Counted from the first letter of the stretch, positions 49,441 through 59,808 are shown. The stretch: 64,000 nt of DNA from Cyanobacteria bacterium auto_48_18 (GCA_036170915.1 JAVHQC010000025.1:32001-96000), one strand, 5' to 3'. Notes: a model not told the origin generated them from the letters alone. Translations and numbers: made by a program.

Positions 49441-50628
49441 GTGTCTCAATCAGAACCTCAAATCGTTCGCCTTCAAGCCAACTCAAAAGATGCAAACGGC
49501 AAGAAAATTTTAAAAGATAAATTGAAGGTAGGCATTGTGGGAGCCACCGGCATGGTGGGCCAGCAACTGATTCGCATGCTCAAAGATAATCCGTGGTTTG
49601 AAATTACCAAATTGGCAGCTTCGGCTGGCTCAGCCGGCAAATCTTATCAAGATTCAGTGGCCGGTCGTTGGTTTATGGACTTTGCTATTCCAGCATCAGT
49701 TGGAGCGCTTACAGTGGTTGATGCCGATAACCTCGACCTGGTGGTTGAAGGTGTCGACATTGTTTTTTGCGCTGTTAGTCTTGATAAACCCAGTGTTCTC
49801 AAGCTTGAAGACGAACTGGCTAAACGCGGAGTTTTTGTTACATCGTGCAATTCAGCCAATCGTATGGACGCACTGATACCGATGATGATACCAGCAGCCA
49901 ACGCAGGTCACCTTAAAGTACTGGAACTGCAACGGCAGACCCGTGGTTACAGCACTGGTGCCATTATTGTCAAAAGTAACTGCTCTATTCAAAGCTATGT
50001 TATTGCCATGACTCCACTGAAAGAGTTTGGTATCAAACAGATTTTTGTACATAGTGAACAAGCACTTTCCGGCGCCGGCAAAACCTTTGCCACCTGGCCA
50101 GAGATGGTAGAAAACGTCATTCCGTATATAGGTGGAGAAGAGCAAAAATCAGAACAAGAGCCGCTTAAAATCTGGGGCGAAATTGGCCCTGCCGGCATTG
50201 ACCACGCAGCATCACCGAAAATTCAGGCTAAGTGCGTGCGGGTGGCGGTGGCTGACGGTCACACTGCTTATGTTAATGCCCAGCTTAATTCGGCCATAGG
50301 TCGCAAGACTATTTTGAGCAAATGGAGCGAGTTTAAAGGTGTATCCGGCGATCTGTCTGAACTACCTTCCGCACCACAACAAATAATTCACTTCCAGGAT
50401 GCACCAGACCGGCCGCAACCAAAACTAGACGTTATGACTGAAAACGGCATGGCCGTCACCACTGGTCAGCTGACAGTAAATGAAGACTGGGTGCGCTTCA
50501 CCGCTCTAGCACACAATGCTATCCTTGGCGCTGCTGGTGGTGCAGTACTGGCTACCGAATTAGCAGTAGCCAGTGGCTATGTCTTTCGCCGCGTGCCGGT
50601 GAAAACAGCAGCCAGTGCTATAAGTTAG
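49441..50628 (+). CDS. asd: Aspartate-semialdehyde dehydrogenase
   Basis: GATGMVGQ, catalytic NCS, QALSGAG, RVAVADGH, HN...GAAGG. Confidence 0.92.
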   Translation: MSQSEPQIVRLQANSKDANGKKILKDKLKVGIVGATGMVGQQLIRMLKDNPWFEITKLAASAGSAGKSYQDSVAGRWFMDFAIPASVGALTVVDADNLDLVVEGVDIVFCAVSLDKPSVLKLEDELAKRGVFVTSCNSANRMDALIPMMIPAANAGHLKVLELQRQTRGYSTGAIIVKSNCSIQSYVIAMTPLKEFGIKQIFVHSEQALSGAGKTFATWPEMVENVIPYIGGEEQKSEQEPLKIWGEIGPAGIDHAASPKIQAKCVRVAVADGHTAYVNAQLNSAIGRKTILSKWSEFKGVSGDLSELPSAPQQIIHFQDAPDRPQPKLDVMTENGMAVTTGQLTVNEDWVRFTALAHNAILGAAGGAVLATELAVASGYVFRRVPVKTAASAIS

Positions 50629-51472
50629 CATCAGCCTGATCAGCTTCTACATCGAACTGCCTGAAAGTATCGGCAAATTGCTTGATTGATTCGAGCATGG
50701 CAGGAGTGTCGCTTTCACTCATCATGTCGCTGCGTGCAGGGTCGGTAATTTGTCCGTGTCCTTTGCGGCGCAACAGTTGTTCGATACACCAGGTGCCATA
50801 ATTTTCGGCTGATTCGGCAAACTTGCATTCGGCATCGGTTAAGCCAATGGCTAGAAATAGCCCAAAGCCGCCGGAAGGCAGTGGATACCAGGCATCGGGA
50901 GCTTCATCGGCATACCAGATAATTGCCGAATTAAGCAGTGAATCAGAGTTGGGAGCGATGGGGGCACCAAGGGCGATGCGTTTACCTGGGCTCAATGTAC
51001 CAGCGTGATTGAAAATATAAAAGGCCATTGTGCGCAATAGCTGTGGCGCCCAGGCACTGTCTATGGGGCTTTTGATAATCAGCTCGCAACCAAAGCCCGA
51101 AACTTCGAGCGGTTCACTTTGCACCCAGGGGCTGGCTAAACCGGCGGTGACATAGGTCCAATAAGGTTTAAATGGGTCTGGTCCGTAGGCTAAGACTGCC
51201 AGCTGCTGCTCGCTGCCGGCACTGTCAGGGGGTCTTGAAGTGTCGTTACTTTCGAGCCTGCTTTTGCGTTTCTTTGCTGCCGCTGGTAGATCTGGAAAAA
51301 CTGGAGGGCCATAATTGGCAGGCGAAACATATGAAGGCTCTCCAAAAATTTCTTTATAGAGATTATCTCTGGCAGTCCACGCTTGCCGCAAAAGCTCACG
51401 CCGGGCCAGTTCACTCTCCCTTTCAAACTCGGGATCTTCTTTGCCTACGCGATTGTCTTCTTGCTTACCCAT
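50618..51472 (-). CDS. Suppressor-of-fused (SUFU) domain protein
   Basis: WTYVTAGL, SGFGCEL, W...LL..MA.Y, LPSG..L.AIGLT.AE pattern. Confidence 0.75.
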   Translation of the reverse strand: MGKQEDNRVGKEDPEFERESELARRELLRQAWTARDNLYKEIFGEPSYVSPANYGPPVFPDLPAAAKKRKSRLESNDTSRPPDSAGSEQQLAVLAYGPDPFKPYWTYVTAGLASPWVQSEPLEVSGFGCELIIKSPIDSAWAPQLLRTMAFYIFNHAGTLSPGKRIALGAPIAPNSDSLLNSAIIWYADEAPDAWYPLPSGGFGLFLAIGLTDAECKFAESAENYGTWCIEQLLRRKGHGQITDPARSDMMSESDTPAMLESIKQFADTFRQFDVEADQADANL

Positions 51473-51476
51473 TGTT

Positions 51477-51574
51477 ATCTCAGTAAGTTGATCTCAGTAA
51501 GTTGATCTCAGTAAGTCGATCTCAGTAAGTTGATCTCAGTAAGTCGATCTCAGTAAGTTGATCTCAATAAATCA
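51477..51574. repeat. 14-bp minisatellite ATCTCAGTAAGTYG, six full units plus one degenerate
   Basis: Read directly; no spacers; fills the lepA-SUFU intergenic region. Confidence 0.95.
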
Positions 51575-53371
51575 GTCATCGATTTTGAGCAGGGCCATAA
51601 ACGCTTCTTGCGGAATTTCTACTCTACCCACGGACTTCATGCGCTTTTTACCCTCTTTCTGTTTGTCGAGGAGTTTGCGTTTGCGGCTGATGTCACCACC
51701 GTAGCATTTGGCAAGGACGTTTTTACGAACGGCAGAAATTGTTTCGCGAGCCACAATTTTGCCCCCGATTGCCGCCTGAATAGGCACTTCAAACATTTGC
51801 CGGGGAATCAATTTTTTTAGTTTTTCGGAAATAGCACGACCTGCTGTGTGGGCTCTATCGTAGTGAACAATGGCCGATAGCGCATCTACCTTGTCGCCGC
51901 CGATGAGAATATCAATTTTAACCAAACGCTCTTCTCTGAACTCTTTGAAGAGATAATCGAGGCTGGCATAACCACGCGAGCGGCTCTTGAGCTGGTCAAA
52001 AAAGTCAGTAATAATTTCAGCCAGGGGCAGATCGTAAACCAGCATGGCACGGCGGGCATCGAGATGTTTCATGTCAACGTAAACGCCGCGGCGCTGCTGG
52101 CATAGTTCCATCAAAGTGCCCGTGTATTCAGTGGGCGTGATGATATTGGCAGTAACAAAAGGCTCTTCAATGAAAAGGCGATAGGTGGGGTCAGGAAGTA
52201 GTGCCGGATTCTCTACCATCACCACTGAGTTGTCGGTCTTAGTGACGCGATACACCACAGATGGTGCAGTGGTAATCAGGTTGAGATTATATTCACGCTC
52301 CAGGCGCTCTTGAATAATCTCCATATGCAACAATCCCAAAAATCCGCAGCGGAAGCCAAAACCTAGAGCTTCTGAAGTTTCTGGTTCGAAAAACAACGAC
52401 GAATCATTGAGCTTGAGTTTATCGAGAGCTTCACGCAAATCTGGATATTGATCATTATCAACCGGATAAATTCCGGCATAGACCATGGGTTTTGCCGGGC
52501 GATAGCCCGGAAGTGCTTCCAGAGCAGGATTGCTCACCAGTGTGATGGTGTCACCCACTAGCGTTTCCACATCTTTGATTTGCGCAGCGAGATAACCCAC
52601 TTCACCAGGTCCAAGGCGATCTACCTTTACTTGAGCCGGACGCAAAACTCCCAGCTCAGCAATGTCAAAAACCTTGTCATTGGCCATAAAGCGAATCTTG
52701 TCGCCCACTTTAACTTCGCCGTCTTTAACACGGAAATAAACGATGATGCCGCGATAACTATCGAAATAACTGTCAAATATCAGAGCTCGTAGTGGAGCGC
52801 CCTGCGTATTGCGAGGCGGCGGCACAAATTTGACGATCGCTTCCAGCACATCTTTGACACCAATATTGTTTTTGGCGCTGGCCAAAATTGCTTCGTCGGC
52901 AGGAATACCGATGACGTCTTCGATTTCAGCGCGAATACGCTCGGGTTCAGCGCTCGGCAAATCAATTTTGTTGATCACCACTACTATTTCAAGATTGTTT
53001 TCTGAAGCCAGGTGCACATTGGCGAGAGTCTGGGCTTCTACGCCTTGCGTAGCGTCAACAATCAACAGTGCGCCCTCGCAGGCAGCCAGGCTGCGTGAGA
53101 CTTCGTAACCAAAGTCAACGTGGCCAGGTGTGTCAATCAGATTAAGAATATAAGTCTTGCCGTCGTCGGCAATATAATCCATGCGGGCCGCTTGAGCTTT
53201 GATTGTGATACCGCGCTCACGTTCGATATCCATAGAGTCGAGCACTTGCGCTTGCATATGGCGCTTGGCGATGGTATTCGTCATCTCCAGCAATCGATCT
53301 GCCAGAGTAGACTTGCCATGGTCGATATGGGCAATAATTGAAAAGTTTCTGATTAAATTGGGGTCGGTCAC
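51572..53371 (-). CDS. lepA: Elongation factor 4 (LepA)
   Basis: [43 protein letters not shown]. Confidence 0.98.
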   Translation of the reverse strand: MTDPNLIRNFSIIAHIDHGKSTLADRLLEMTNTIAKRHMQAQVLDSMDIERERGITIKAQAARMDYIADDGKTYILNLIDTPGHVDFGYEVSRSLAACEGALLIVDATQGVEAQTLANVHLASENNLEIVVVINKIDLPSAEPERIRAEIEDVIGIPADEAILASAKNNIGVKDVLEAIVKFVPPPRNTQGAPLRALIFDSYFDSYRGIIVYFRVKDGEVKVGDKIRFMANDKVFDIAELGVLRPAQVKVDRLGPGEVGYLAAQIKDVETLVGDTITLVSNPALEALPGYRPAKPMVYAGIYPVDNDQYPDLREALDKLKLNDSSLFFEPETSEALGFGFRCGFLGLLHMEIIQERLEREYNLNLITTAPSVVYRVTKTDNSVVMVENPALLPDPTYRLFIEEPFVTANIITPTEYTGTLMELCQQRRGVYVDMKHLDARRAMLVYDLPLAEIITDFFDQLKSRSRGYASLDYLFKEFREERLVKIDILIGGDKVDALSAIVHYDRAHTAGRAISEKLKKLIPRQMFEVPIQAAIGGKIVARETISAVRKNVLAKCYGGDISRKRKLLDKQKEGKKRMKSVGRVEIPQEAFMALLKIDD

Positions 53372-53510
53372 TGAGAGCCCTTTGCTAAGATCTGGCCACC
53401 GAGTACGGTTTATGAATGCTATCTATACTTGCAAGGTATATTAGCAGGAGTTTCGCCTTTCGAAATCGCGATTAGTTACTACTCAGCTCCAACAGGCGCC
53501 AGACGAACTT

Positions 53511-55496
53511 ATGTCAAATTCACAGAGTCCATTTTTAAATACCCTTAAACAGCGTCCATTGCTGACAGACGGCGGCATTGGCACCCTTTTGTATTCAAGG
53601 GGAGCGTCAACCGATGCCTGTTTCGAACACCTGAACATTACGCGACAAGAAACAATTCAACAACTTCACGTTGATTACATCAACGCCGGAGCTGAAATTA
53701 TTGAAACAAATTCTTTTTCAGGCAACAGAATTAAACTTGCCAATAACGGCCTTGAAAATGACGTCTGGAAAATCAATGTCTGGGCGGCAAAAATAGCCCG
53801 CAACGCCCGCGAGATCGCCGGGCAGCCAGTTTTTGTGGCCGGGTCAGTGGGCCCCACCGGGAAGCTCTTGCCACCTCTAGGCGATACGGCCTTAGATGAA
53901 CTCGATTATGCCTTTAAAGAACAGATGGAAGCCCTGCTTGCCGGTGGCGTGGATCTTTTCATGATTGAGACCATGTCTAGCCTGGAAGAAACGGCCATTG
54001 CCGTGCGCGCCGCACGCAGTTTGTCAAAACTGCCGGTAGTGGCACAATTATCGTTCTCGGTGGAGGGACATACTCTGCTTGGCGCCACACCAGAAGATGT
54101 GGCAAAATTGATTCGCGATCTAGGCGACGATATGCCTGATGTAATTGGTATCAACTGCGGTGCCGGCCCGGGCCCAGTCTTTGACTCGCTAATCAGATTG
54201 ACAGCGGCAATTCGCACTCTTAAAATCGATTCAGAGCGCCTGACTTTTTCGTGCCTGCCCAATGCCGGTCAACCAAGTTTGATTGGCGGCAGACCAATCT
54301 TTATGAGTAAACCCCACTATTGTGCTTCTTACATAGAGCCATATTTGCGAGCCGGGGCAAGAATCGTGGGCGGATGCTGCGGCACCACACCTGAGCATAT
54401 CAAAGAAATGCGCAAGAGCCTGGACGCCTACCTGGCCATGTCGGTTCAGCAGCAAGCAGCGTCAGCAGCGGCACAGGGCACTGTGCTCTTCCACCCTGAC
54501 TCGCTGGACTATCAAGATGACAATAAAACCCGCGATGGTCAAAAAGAAAAATCCACCGTCGGCACCGCATCTGGTGCCAGTGCTAATCTAAGCGATAGGC
54601 TCAGTGCAATAAAGAATGGTGACAGCGATGATTTTTATATTTCAGTCGAGCTCGACCCACCTAAAGGTGCCGGCACCAAGAAAATATTAGCCGCAGCAGA
54701 TTTGCTTTACAAAGCCGGAGCTGATGCCATAAACGTGGGTGACAGCCCCATGGCTCGCGTGCGTATGTCCTCGCTAGCCACCTGCCAGCTTATCAGTCAG
54801 CAAGTTGGTGTCGACACGATCATTCACTTCACGACTCGCGATCGCAATTTGATGGGCATGCAAGCCGATCTACTGGGCTGCCAGGCATTGGGGCTGAAGA
54901 ACATTCTTGCTTTGACCGGAGACCCGCCCGCACTGGGCAATTACGCGCACGCCACTGCAGTCTATGACGTAGACTCAATCGGTCTGATCAAGATAATTTC
55001 TCAACTCAATGCCGGGCAAGACATCGCCGGTAATACCATCGGCACTCCGCTAAATTTATCAATTGGTTGCGCACTTAATCCTACGGCACAAAACAGGGCC
55101 ATGGAAATTGAACGTTTCACGCGCAAAATTGAGGCTGGTGCTCACTTTGTTATGACACAGCCGATATACCAGCTGAGCGATCTGACCGATTTTCTTGATG
55201 AATTTGGTGAGCTTAACCTGCCGCTTTTAGTAGGCATTATGCCTTTGCATTCAAGCAAGCATGCTGAATATCTCCACAACGAAGTGCCAGGCATTTCTAT
55301 CCCAGAAAGAATTCGCCAGGCCATGGCTGAAGCAGGAGAGCAGGGTTCGCAAAAAGGGCTTGAGCTCGCCGAAGAGCTGCTCGGTCAGTTGCGACATATT
55401 TGTCAGGGCACTTATCTGGTGCCATCGTTTGGTCGCTACGATGACATGGCCGCCCTGGTGACCAGACTGAAATCTAAACACGTACAGAAAGTTTGA
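53511..55496 (+). CDS. yitJ: Bifunctional homocysteine S-methyltransferase / 5,10-methylenetetrahydrofolate reductase
   Basis: DGGIGT, GINC, GGCCGTTPEHI; MTHFR half VELDPPKG, DSPMARVRM, RDRN, LTGDP, HNEVPGI. Confidence 0.88.
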   Translation: MSNSQSPFLNTLKQRPLLTDGGIGTLLYSRGASTDACFEHLNITRQETIQQLHVDYINAGAEIIETNSFSGNRIKLANNGLENDVWKINVWAAKIARNAREIAGQPVFVAGSVGPTGKLLPPLGDTALDELDYAFKEQMEALLAGGVDLFMIETMSSLEETAIAVRAARSLSKLPVVAQLSFSVEGHTLLGATPEDVAKLIRDLGDDMPDVIGINCGAGPGPVFDSLIRLTAAIRTLKIDSERLTFSCLPNAGQPSLIGGRPIFMSKPHYCASYIEPYLRAGARIVGGCCGTTPEHIKEMRKSLDAYLAMSVQQQAASAAAQGTVLFHPDSLDYQDDNKTRDGQKEKSTVGTASGASANLSDRLSAIKNGDSDDFYISVELDPPKGAGTKKILAAADLLYKAGADAINVGDSPMARVRMSSLATCQLISQQVGVDTIIHFTTRDRNLMGMQADLLGCQALGLKNILALTGDPPALGNYAHATAVYDVDSIGLIKIISQLNAGQDIAGNTIGTPLNLSIGCALNPTAQNRAMEIERFTRKIEAGAHFVMTQPIYQLSDLTDFLDEFGELNLPLLVGIMPLHSSKHAEYLHNEVPGISIPERIRQAMAEAGEQGSQKGLELAEELLGQLRHICQGTYLVPSFGRYDDMAALVTRLKSKHVQKV

Positions 55497-56336
55497 TTAC
55501 TGACTGAAAATGGCTTGACTGCGTACCAGGCGCACGTGATTCTCCAGCTCGTGAGCTTGCCCGGCCCTATTGGTTTTGCGCAAAAGTTTGGCATACTGTT
55601 CTTCGACATCAGCAAAGCGTTGGTGATCTTTACCGTAGATTTTTTGTCTCACAGCCAGTGCGCGCTTGAAATATGGTTCAGACAATTCGAAACGAGTTTG
55701 GAAATAGTAAAGCCTGGCTAAATTTTTAAGCGAAGTAGACACCAGCGGATGTTCGCCGCCAAGAGACTTCTCTCGTATTTGCAGAGCTTCAATCAAAAGT
55801 GGTTCCATCTCACGATAGAGTTTGCGACGGCAATAATGATCTGCCAGCTTAGTCAATAAATCGGCCACATGAGGATGATCTTTGCCCATCATCTGTCGCA
55901 CTGATGCTACTTCCACCTCAGCGTCTTTGACTTGATCTTGCTCATCAGGAAAACCAGATGGCCAACCAAGCGCCATCGAGGCTGGAATGGCATCAAGTGA
56001 AGTAGACGAATCGGTAAGCGATTGTTTCCACTCGCACTGCGGGCGTCTATATATTGCACTAGGAATGGGGGAGGGTGCACTTTTCTGACGCACAGTGACA
56101 ACTTTCTCAAGACACTTCTTAGTATCCACTACCTCAGGACGGTAAGGTCCAAGAGTTCTCTCCATAATCTCAAGGGCTCGTCGATAGAGGGCCTCGGCAT
56201 CTTCGAGCATACCTTTATGGAAATAGAGATCCGCCAACTTAGAAACTGTTGCCGCCACCTCCGGGCTATTTTGTCCCAGGGCTTGCTCTTGAATGGTAAG
56301 GAATCTCTCTAATTCGGGGATCGTTTCACACTTCAT
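55497..56336 (-). CDS. Cytoplasmic TPR protein (kinesin-light-chain-like repeats)
   Basis: LGQNSPEVA..LADLY, HPLVSTSLKNLARLY repeats in two clusters; ATG 56336 preferred. Confidence 0.8.
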   Translation of the reverse strand: MKCETIPELERFLTIQEQALGQNSPEVAATVSKLADLYFHKGMLEDAEALYRRALEIMERTLGPYRPEVVDTKKCLEKVVTVRQKSAPSPIPSAIYRRPQCEWKQSLTDSSTSLDAIPASMALGWPSGFPDEQDQVKDAEVEVASVRQMMGKDHPHVADLLTKLADHYCRRKLYREMEPLLIEALQIREKSLGGEHPLVSTSLKNLARLYYFQTRFELSEPYFKRALAVRQKIYGKDHQRFADVEEQYAKLLRKTNRAGQAHELENHVRLVRSQAIFSQ

Positions 56337-56801
56337 GACTGCCTCTGATTGGATTCTATGTCGCCGGGGCCTCAGGTCTGGCAGACCTGAGTAGCGCCTC
56401 AAATAGAAGTGGTTGATTGTGGACTGCTCAACATTAGTAAGTGGGTTCCGTGTGCGTTCGCTTGGTCAAGGCCAAAATTTCGGCCCTCGCTATCATTCTT
56501 ACCCGAATGACCTTCAGTTGATAGACAGGTACCCTATAACTTTGTACGGGATTCGTATAACTCTCTAACTTGTTGGCCCATTGGCATCAAAAATACAGGC
56601 CGGACGGGCACTTTGCGGCGCGACAAATTAAATCCTATAGGGTAACCGTAATAAGAATACGGGCAAGCCTATACGTGGGGCCTCCGGCGCTAAGCTAGCA
56701 TCAATATAGATAGAAGTATCATGGGTGATTTGACTAGCAACAGGCAAATAAGTGCTAGCAGCCAGTTATCTGAAGAGGCATAAGTGGGGTTGAATTGGGG
56801 G

Positions 56802-58289
56802 ATGGCATCCTTTAAAGATACGATTATTCGGCTGTTGAAAAACATTGTCGAAGAAGCTGAGCGCGAGAAAAAGGCAGCAGAATTAAAAACCTTATCGAGC
56901 CAATCAAAAGCCCTTCCGCCTGTTGCTGCAGCTGAAGCAGAAGCCGTGTCGCCTCAAATTAGCGAAAAAGTGTCCGAGCAAGTCAACACAACAGACGACA
57001 ATCACACCATTCACAGTTTATTGCACAAGGGCAAAGACAGCCTCTCTACGCGCTTTCTGGCCGGTGGGCAAATGGAATTTGCACTACCACCGTCAACTTT
57101 AGTTAGTGGTGATAACCCTAAACAGATTAGAGACCTCAATTATGCAGGCGACGAGCTTGATTCGTCGTGGCATCACCTTGAACCCGGAGCCGTTGTTGAA
57201 TCTCGTGTGGACAAGACCCCCAGAGTAGCCAGGATTATTAGCCGCGAAAATCAAACTCGCCTCTATTCAGGCTCTTCTGAAGAAGAACCAAGTTTGTTGG
57301 CCGCTCAATGGCAATGCACCCCTGACCGCAATCTGGTCAGCGACTCTTCTCCCACAGAAGAATCGTTCAAGAATGCGGCCGAAAATATTTCCACTTCCCC
57401 TGCCACTTTAGCCTGGCTATCGTCTCTGGTATCACCTGAAGTGCGTGCCTCTGTAGCAGCCAACGAAAAAACGCCTCCCGAAACCTTACGCAAACTAGCC
57501 AATGATGTGGATAGCAGTGTGCGACTCTCTGTGGCCAGCAATATCTCTACCCCAATTGATGTATTGCGAAGTCTGACTCGAGACTCAAGTAAGTTGACCG
57601 CCTCTGAGGCGCAATCAGCCCTGAGTGCCCGTGGCGATGTGGTGGAAGCTCAACGTAACAGCCACAATTTGCTCTTCAACAATCGCTTCAATACAACATC
57701 AAATCAACTTACTGCCTCTTACACCACCCTAGACGCTGTCGCTCCTGGTGGGCTGAACGATGGCAGCAAGGCAGACAGCGAATGGCAGTCGCTCAATTCT
57801 GACGGTGCAAAACAAGCTTACAAACAGCAAAAAGATACGGTCAAAGATCTAAAGTTCAACGCCAGTGTGGTCAACACCAACGGGCCACCCAAACAGATGC
57901 CCAGTTATCATGCCGCATTTGACAAACCACCAGAAGGCGCGTCACCAGCAGAAATTATTGCCTTCTATAAAATGGTGGCCACACGTTTGAGTACACCAGC
58001 GGAGAAGTTGCTTGAATTAGCAGCCAGCGAAAGTGTAGAAGTGCGCGCAGCAGTGGCCGAAAATATCAGCGCTCCGCTAGAAGCCTTCAAACTTCTAGCC
58101 AAAGACAGTCAGGCACAGGTGAAATTACGCGTTATAGACAACAGCAGTTGTCCCGCACAAGTGCTCGAAGAGTTGAAAGACGATCAAGACCCCTATGTTG
58201 GGTATGAGGCGAAGAACCAGATTAAGCGTTTGCAAAATGCAGCCATGCAAGAACGATCAGCCAACCATAGCCTGGAAGGCTTGCTCTAA
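56802..58289 (+). CDS. Leucine-rich-repeat-variant / HEAT-like repeat protein
   Basis: Repeated VRASVAANEKTPPETLRKLAND-type units in two clusters. Confidence 0.75.
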   Translation: MASFKDTIIRLLKNIVEEAEREKKAAELKTLSSQSKALPPVAAAEAEAVSPQISEKVSEQVNTTDDNHTIHSLLHKGKDSLSTRFLAGGQMEFALPPSTLVSGDNPKQIRDLNYAGDELDSSWHHLEPGAVVESRVDKTPRVARIISRENQTRLYSGSSEEEPSLLAAQWQCTPDRNLVSDSSPTEESFKNAAENISTSPATLAWLSSLVSPEVRASVAANEKTPPETLRKLANDVDSSVRLSVASNISTPIDVLRSLTRDSSKLTASEAQSALSARGDVVEAQRNSHNLLFNNRFNTTSNQLTASYTTLDAVAPGGLNDGSKADSEWQSLNSDGAKQAYKQQKDTVKDLKFNASVVNTNGPPKQMPSYHAAFDKPPEGASPAEIIAFYKMVATRLSTPAEKLLELAASESVEVRAAVAENISAPLEAFKLLAKDSQAQVKLRVIDNSSCPAQVLEELKDDQDPYVGYEAKNQIKRLQNAAMQERSANHSLEGLL

Positions 58290-58317
58290 ATTAGGTGGGA
58301 AGGCTTGCTCTAAATTA
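58274..58317. repeat. 20-bp direct duplication spanning two convergent stop codons
   Basis: GGAAGGCTTGCTCTAAATTA at 58274 and 58298. Confidence 0.9.
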
Positions 58318-59670
58318 AGTTAGTGCCGGCTGTAGCTTTGATACCACCACTAGAGATTCTTCAAGAGCTTTGAGGAATATTTCAATTTGCTCGTACGAAA
58401 TTGTGAGCGGCGGCTCTACTCGCAAAACTCTGGCATTGATATAGGTACCAGAGATAAGAATATTGCGGGCAAACAATTCTTTTGCTACGGCATAGCCGGC
58501 CTCATTGCTGGTGAATTCCATACCAAGCATAAGACCAACACCACGTATAACCGAGAGCACATCAGGATAACGCTTGGCCAATTGATTCATCTTGGGAATC
58601 ATATATTCCCCTTTTTCTTTTGCCTGTTTAGGCAAATCTTCATCAAGCAAAACTGAAATGGTAGCGATAGCCGCAGCGCAAGCTAAGGGATTGCCACCAA
58701 AAGTGGTGGTATGTAAAAATGGATTTTCTACATATTTAGCCCATACTTTTTCATTGCCGACCACCGCACCAATCGGCATCACACCGCCGCCAAAGGCCTT
58801 GCCCAGCGCCATTAAGTCGGGCACTACACCCTCATAATCGCAAAAGAACATTTTTCCGGTACGACCCATTCCGCTTTGAATTTCGTCAAAGACAAGTACG
58901 GCACCATATTTGTCGCAAAGATCACGCGCTGCCTGCAAGTACCCGGGAGGCGAAACATTAATGCCACCTTCACCCTGCACCGGCTCCACCACAAATGCGG
59001 CCACTCGATCACCGTTAAAATCGGCGCAACTGAGAGCTGTTTCTAAAGCTTTGACGTCACCAAAGGGAATGTGACTCCATCGCAAAAGCGGCATAAACGG
59101 TTCACGGAACATGGCTTTAGAGGTTCCGCCCAAAGATCCCAATGTTTTTCCGTGAAAAGCGCCAACAGTGCCGACAAAATGTTTACGTCCTGTGGCCAAC
59201 ATGGCCATCTTCATACAACCTTCCACTGATTCGGTGCCTGAATTAGAGAAGAATGAGTAGTTAAGATCGCCTGGAGTAATGAGCGAGACCAGGTGTGCCA
59301 GGTAAGTGCGCAGTGGATCAATCAGCTCTTGTGAGTGAATCGCCTGGCGCTGAAGCTGCTCTGTTACTGCCTTTAATACCGTGGGGTGACGATGGCCTAC
59401 GTTGTAAACGCCATAACCGCCCAACATATCAATAAACTCTTTTCCGTTAATGTCGCGGAAAACTGCCCCGTTGTCTTCCCATTCCACCGCAGTGTAGTCG
59501 GTACTAACCGACTTTCTGTATTTGAGAAATCCGGCGTTGACGTGGTCTGTCCAGTAGCGAACCGACTCTTCAATGACTTTGTCGCGTTCGTCCTGGGTGA
59601 GCTCTTTCTTGCTGATCAGCTCCAGAACTTCCCTGGATTTTGCCTTAGCTTTCTCCAGATTTTGAGTCAT
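58315..59670 (-). CDS. patA: Putrescine aminotransferase (class III, YgjG/PatA-like)
   Basis: HVNAGFLKYRKSV, FID.LGGYG.YNVGHRHP, LHTTTFGGNP, DEIQSGMGRTG, GKAFGGG. Confidence 0.82.
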   Translation of the reverse strand: MTQNLEKAKAKSREVLELISKKELTQDERDKVIEESVRYWTDHVNAGFLKYRKSVSTDYTAVEWEDNGAVFRDINGKEFIDMLGGYGVYNVGHRHPTVLKAVTEQLQRQAIHSQELIDPLRTYLAHLVSLITPGDLNYSFFSNSGTESVEGCMKMAMLATGRKHFVGTVGAFHGKTLGSLGGTSKAMFREPFMPLLRWSHIPFGDVKALETALSCADFNGDRVAAFVVEPVQGEGGINVSPPGYLQAARDLCDKYGAVLVFDEIQSGMGRTGKMFFCDYEGVVPDLMALGKAFGGGVMPIGAVVGNEKVWAKYVENPFLHTTTFGGNPLACAAAIATISVLLDEDLPKQAKEKGEYMIPKMNQLAKRYPDVLSVIRGVGLMLGMEFTSNEAGYAVAKELFARNILISGTYINARVLRVEPPLTISYEQIEIFLKALEESLVVVSKLQPALT

Positions 59671-59781
59671 TATGTTTACTCCATTATAATTACTGGCATA
59701 TTCTACGCCTGTGGGGCTTTTTTATCAAAAATGAGCCTTTTGGGCTACACTCCTGGTGGTCTAAAGGCATTTTCCAAATTG

Positions 59782-59808
59782 CAGAGAAATTTGCGCAAAT
59801 TTTCTCTG
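59782..59808. promoter_or_regulatory. Loop-less palindrome upstream of patA
   Basis: Perfect 16-bp AAATTTGCGCAAATTT flanked by CAGAG/CTCTG. Confidence 0.45.

Noticed and set aside
51477..51574. CRISPR array
   Set aside because: The 14-bp units are contiguous with no unique spacers, and there are no cas genes in the window.
53372..53510. SAM or cobalamin riboswitch upstream of yitJ
   Set aside because: The divergent spacer is short and has no recognisable S-box or B12-box motif.
1254..54845. HIP1 (GCGATCGC) enrichment
   Set aside because: I spotted six copies by eye (1254, 4498, 9486, 15302, 28075, 54838). That may be slightly above chance but is far below HIP1-rich cyanobacteria, and it needs a Markov-corrected count.
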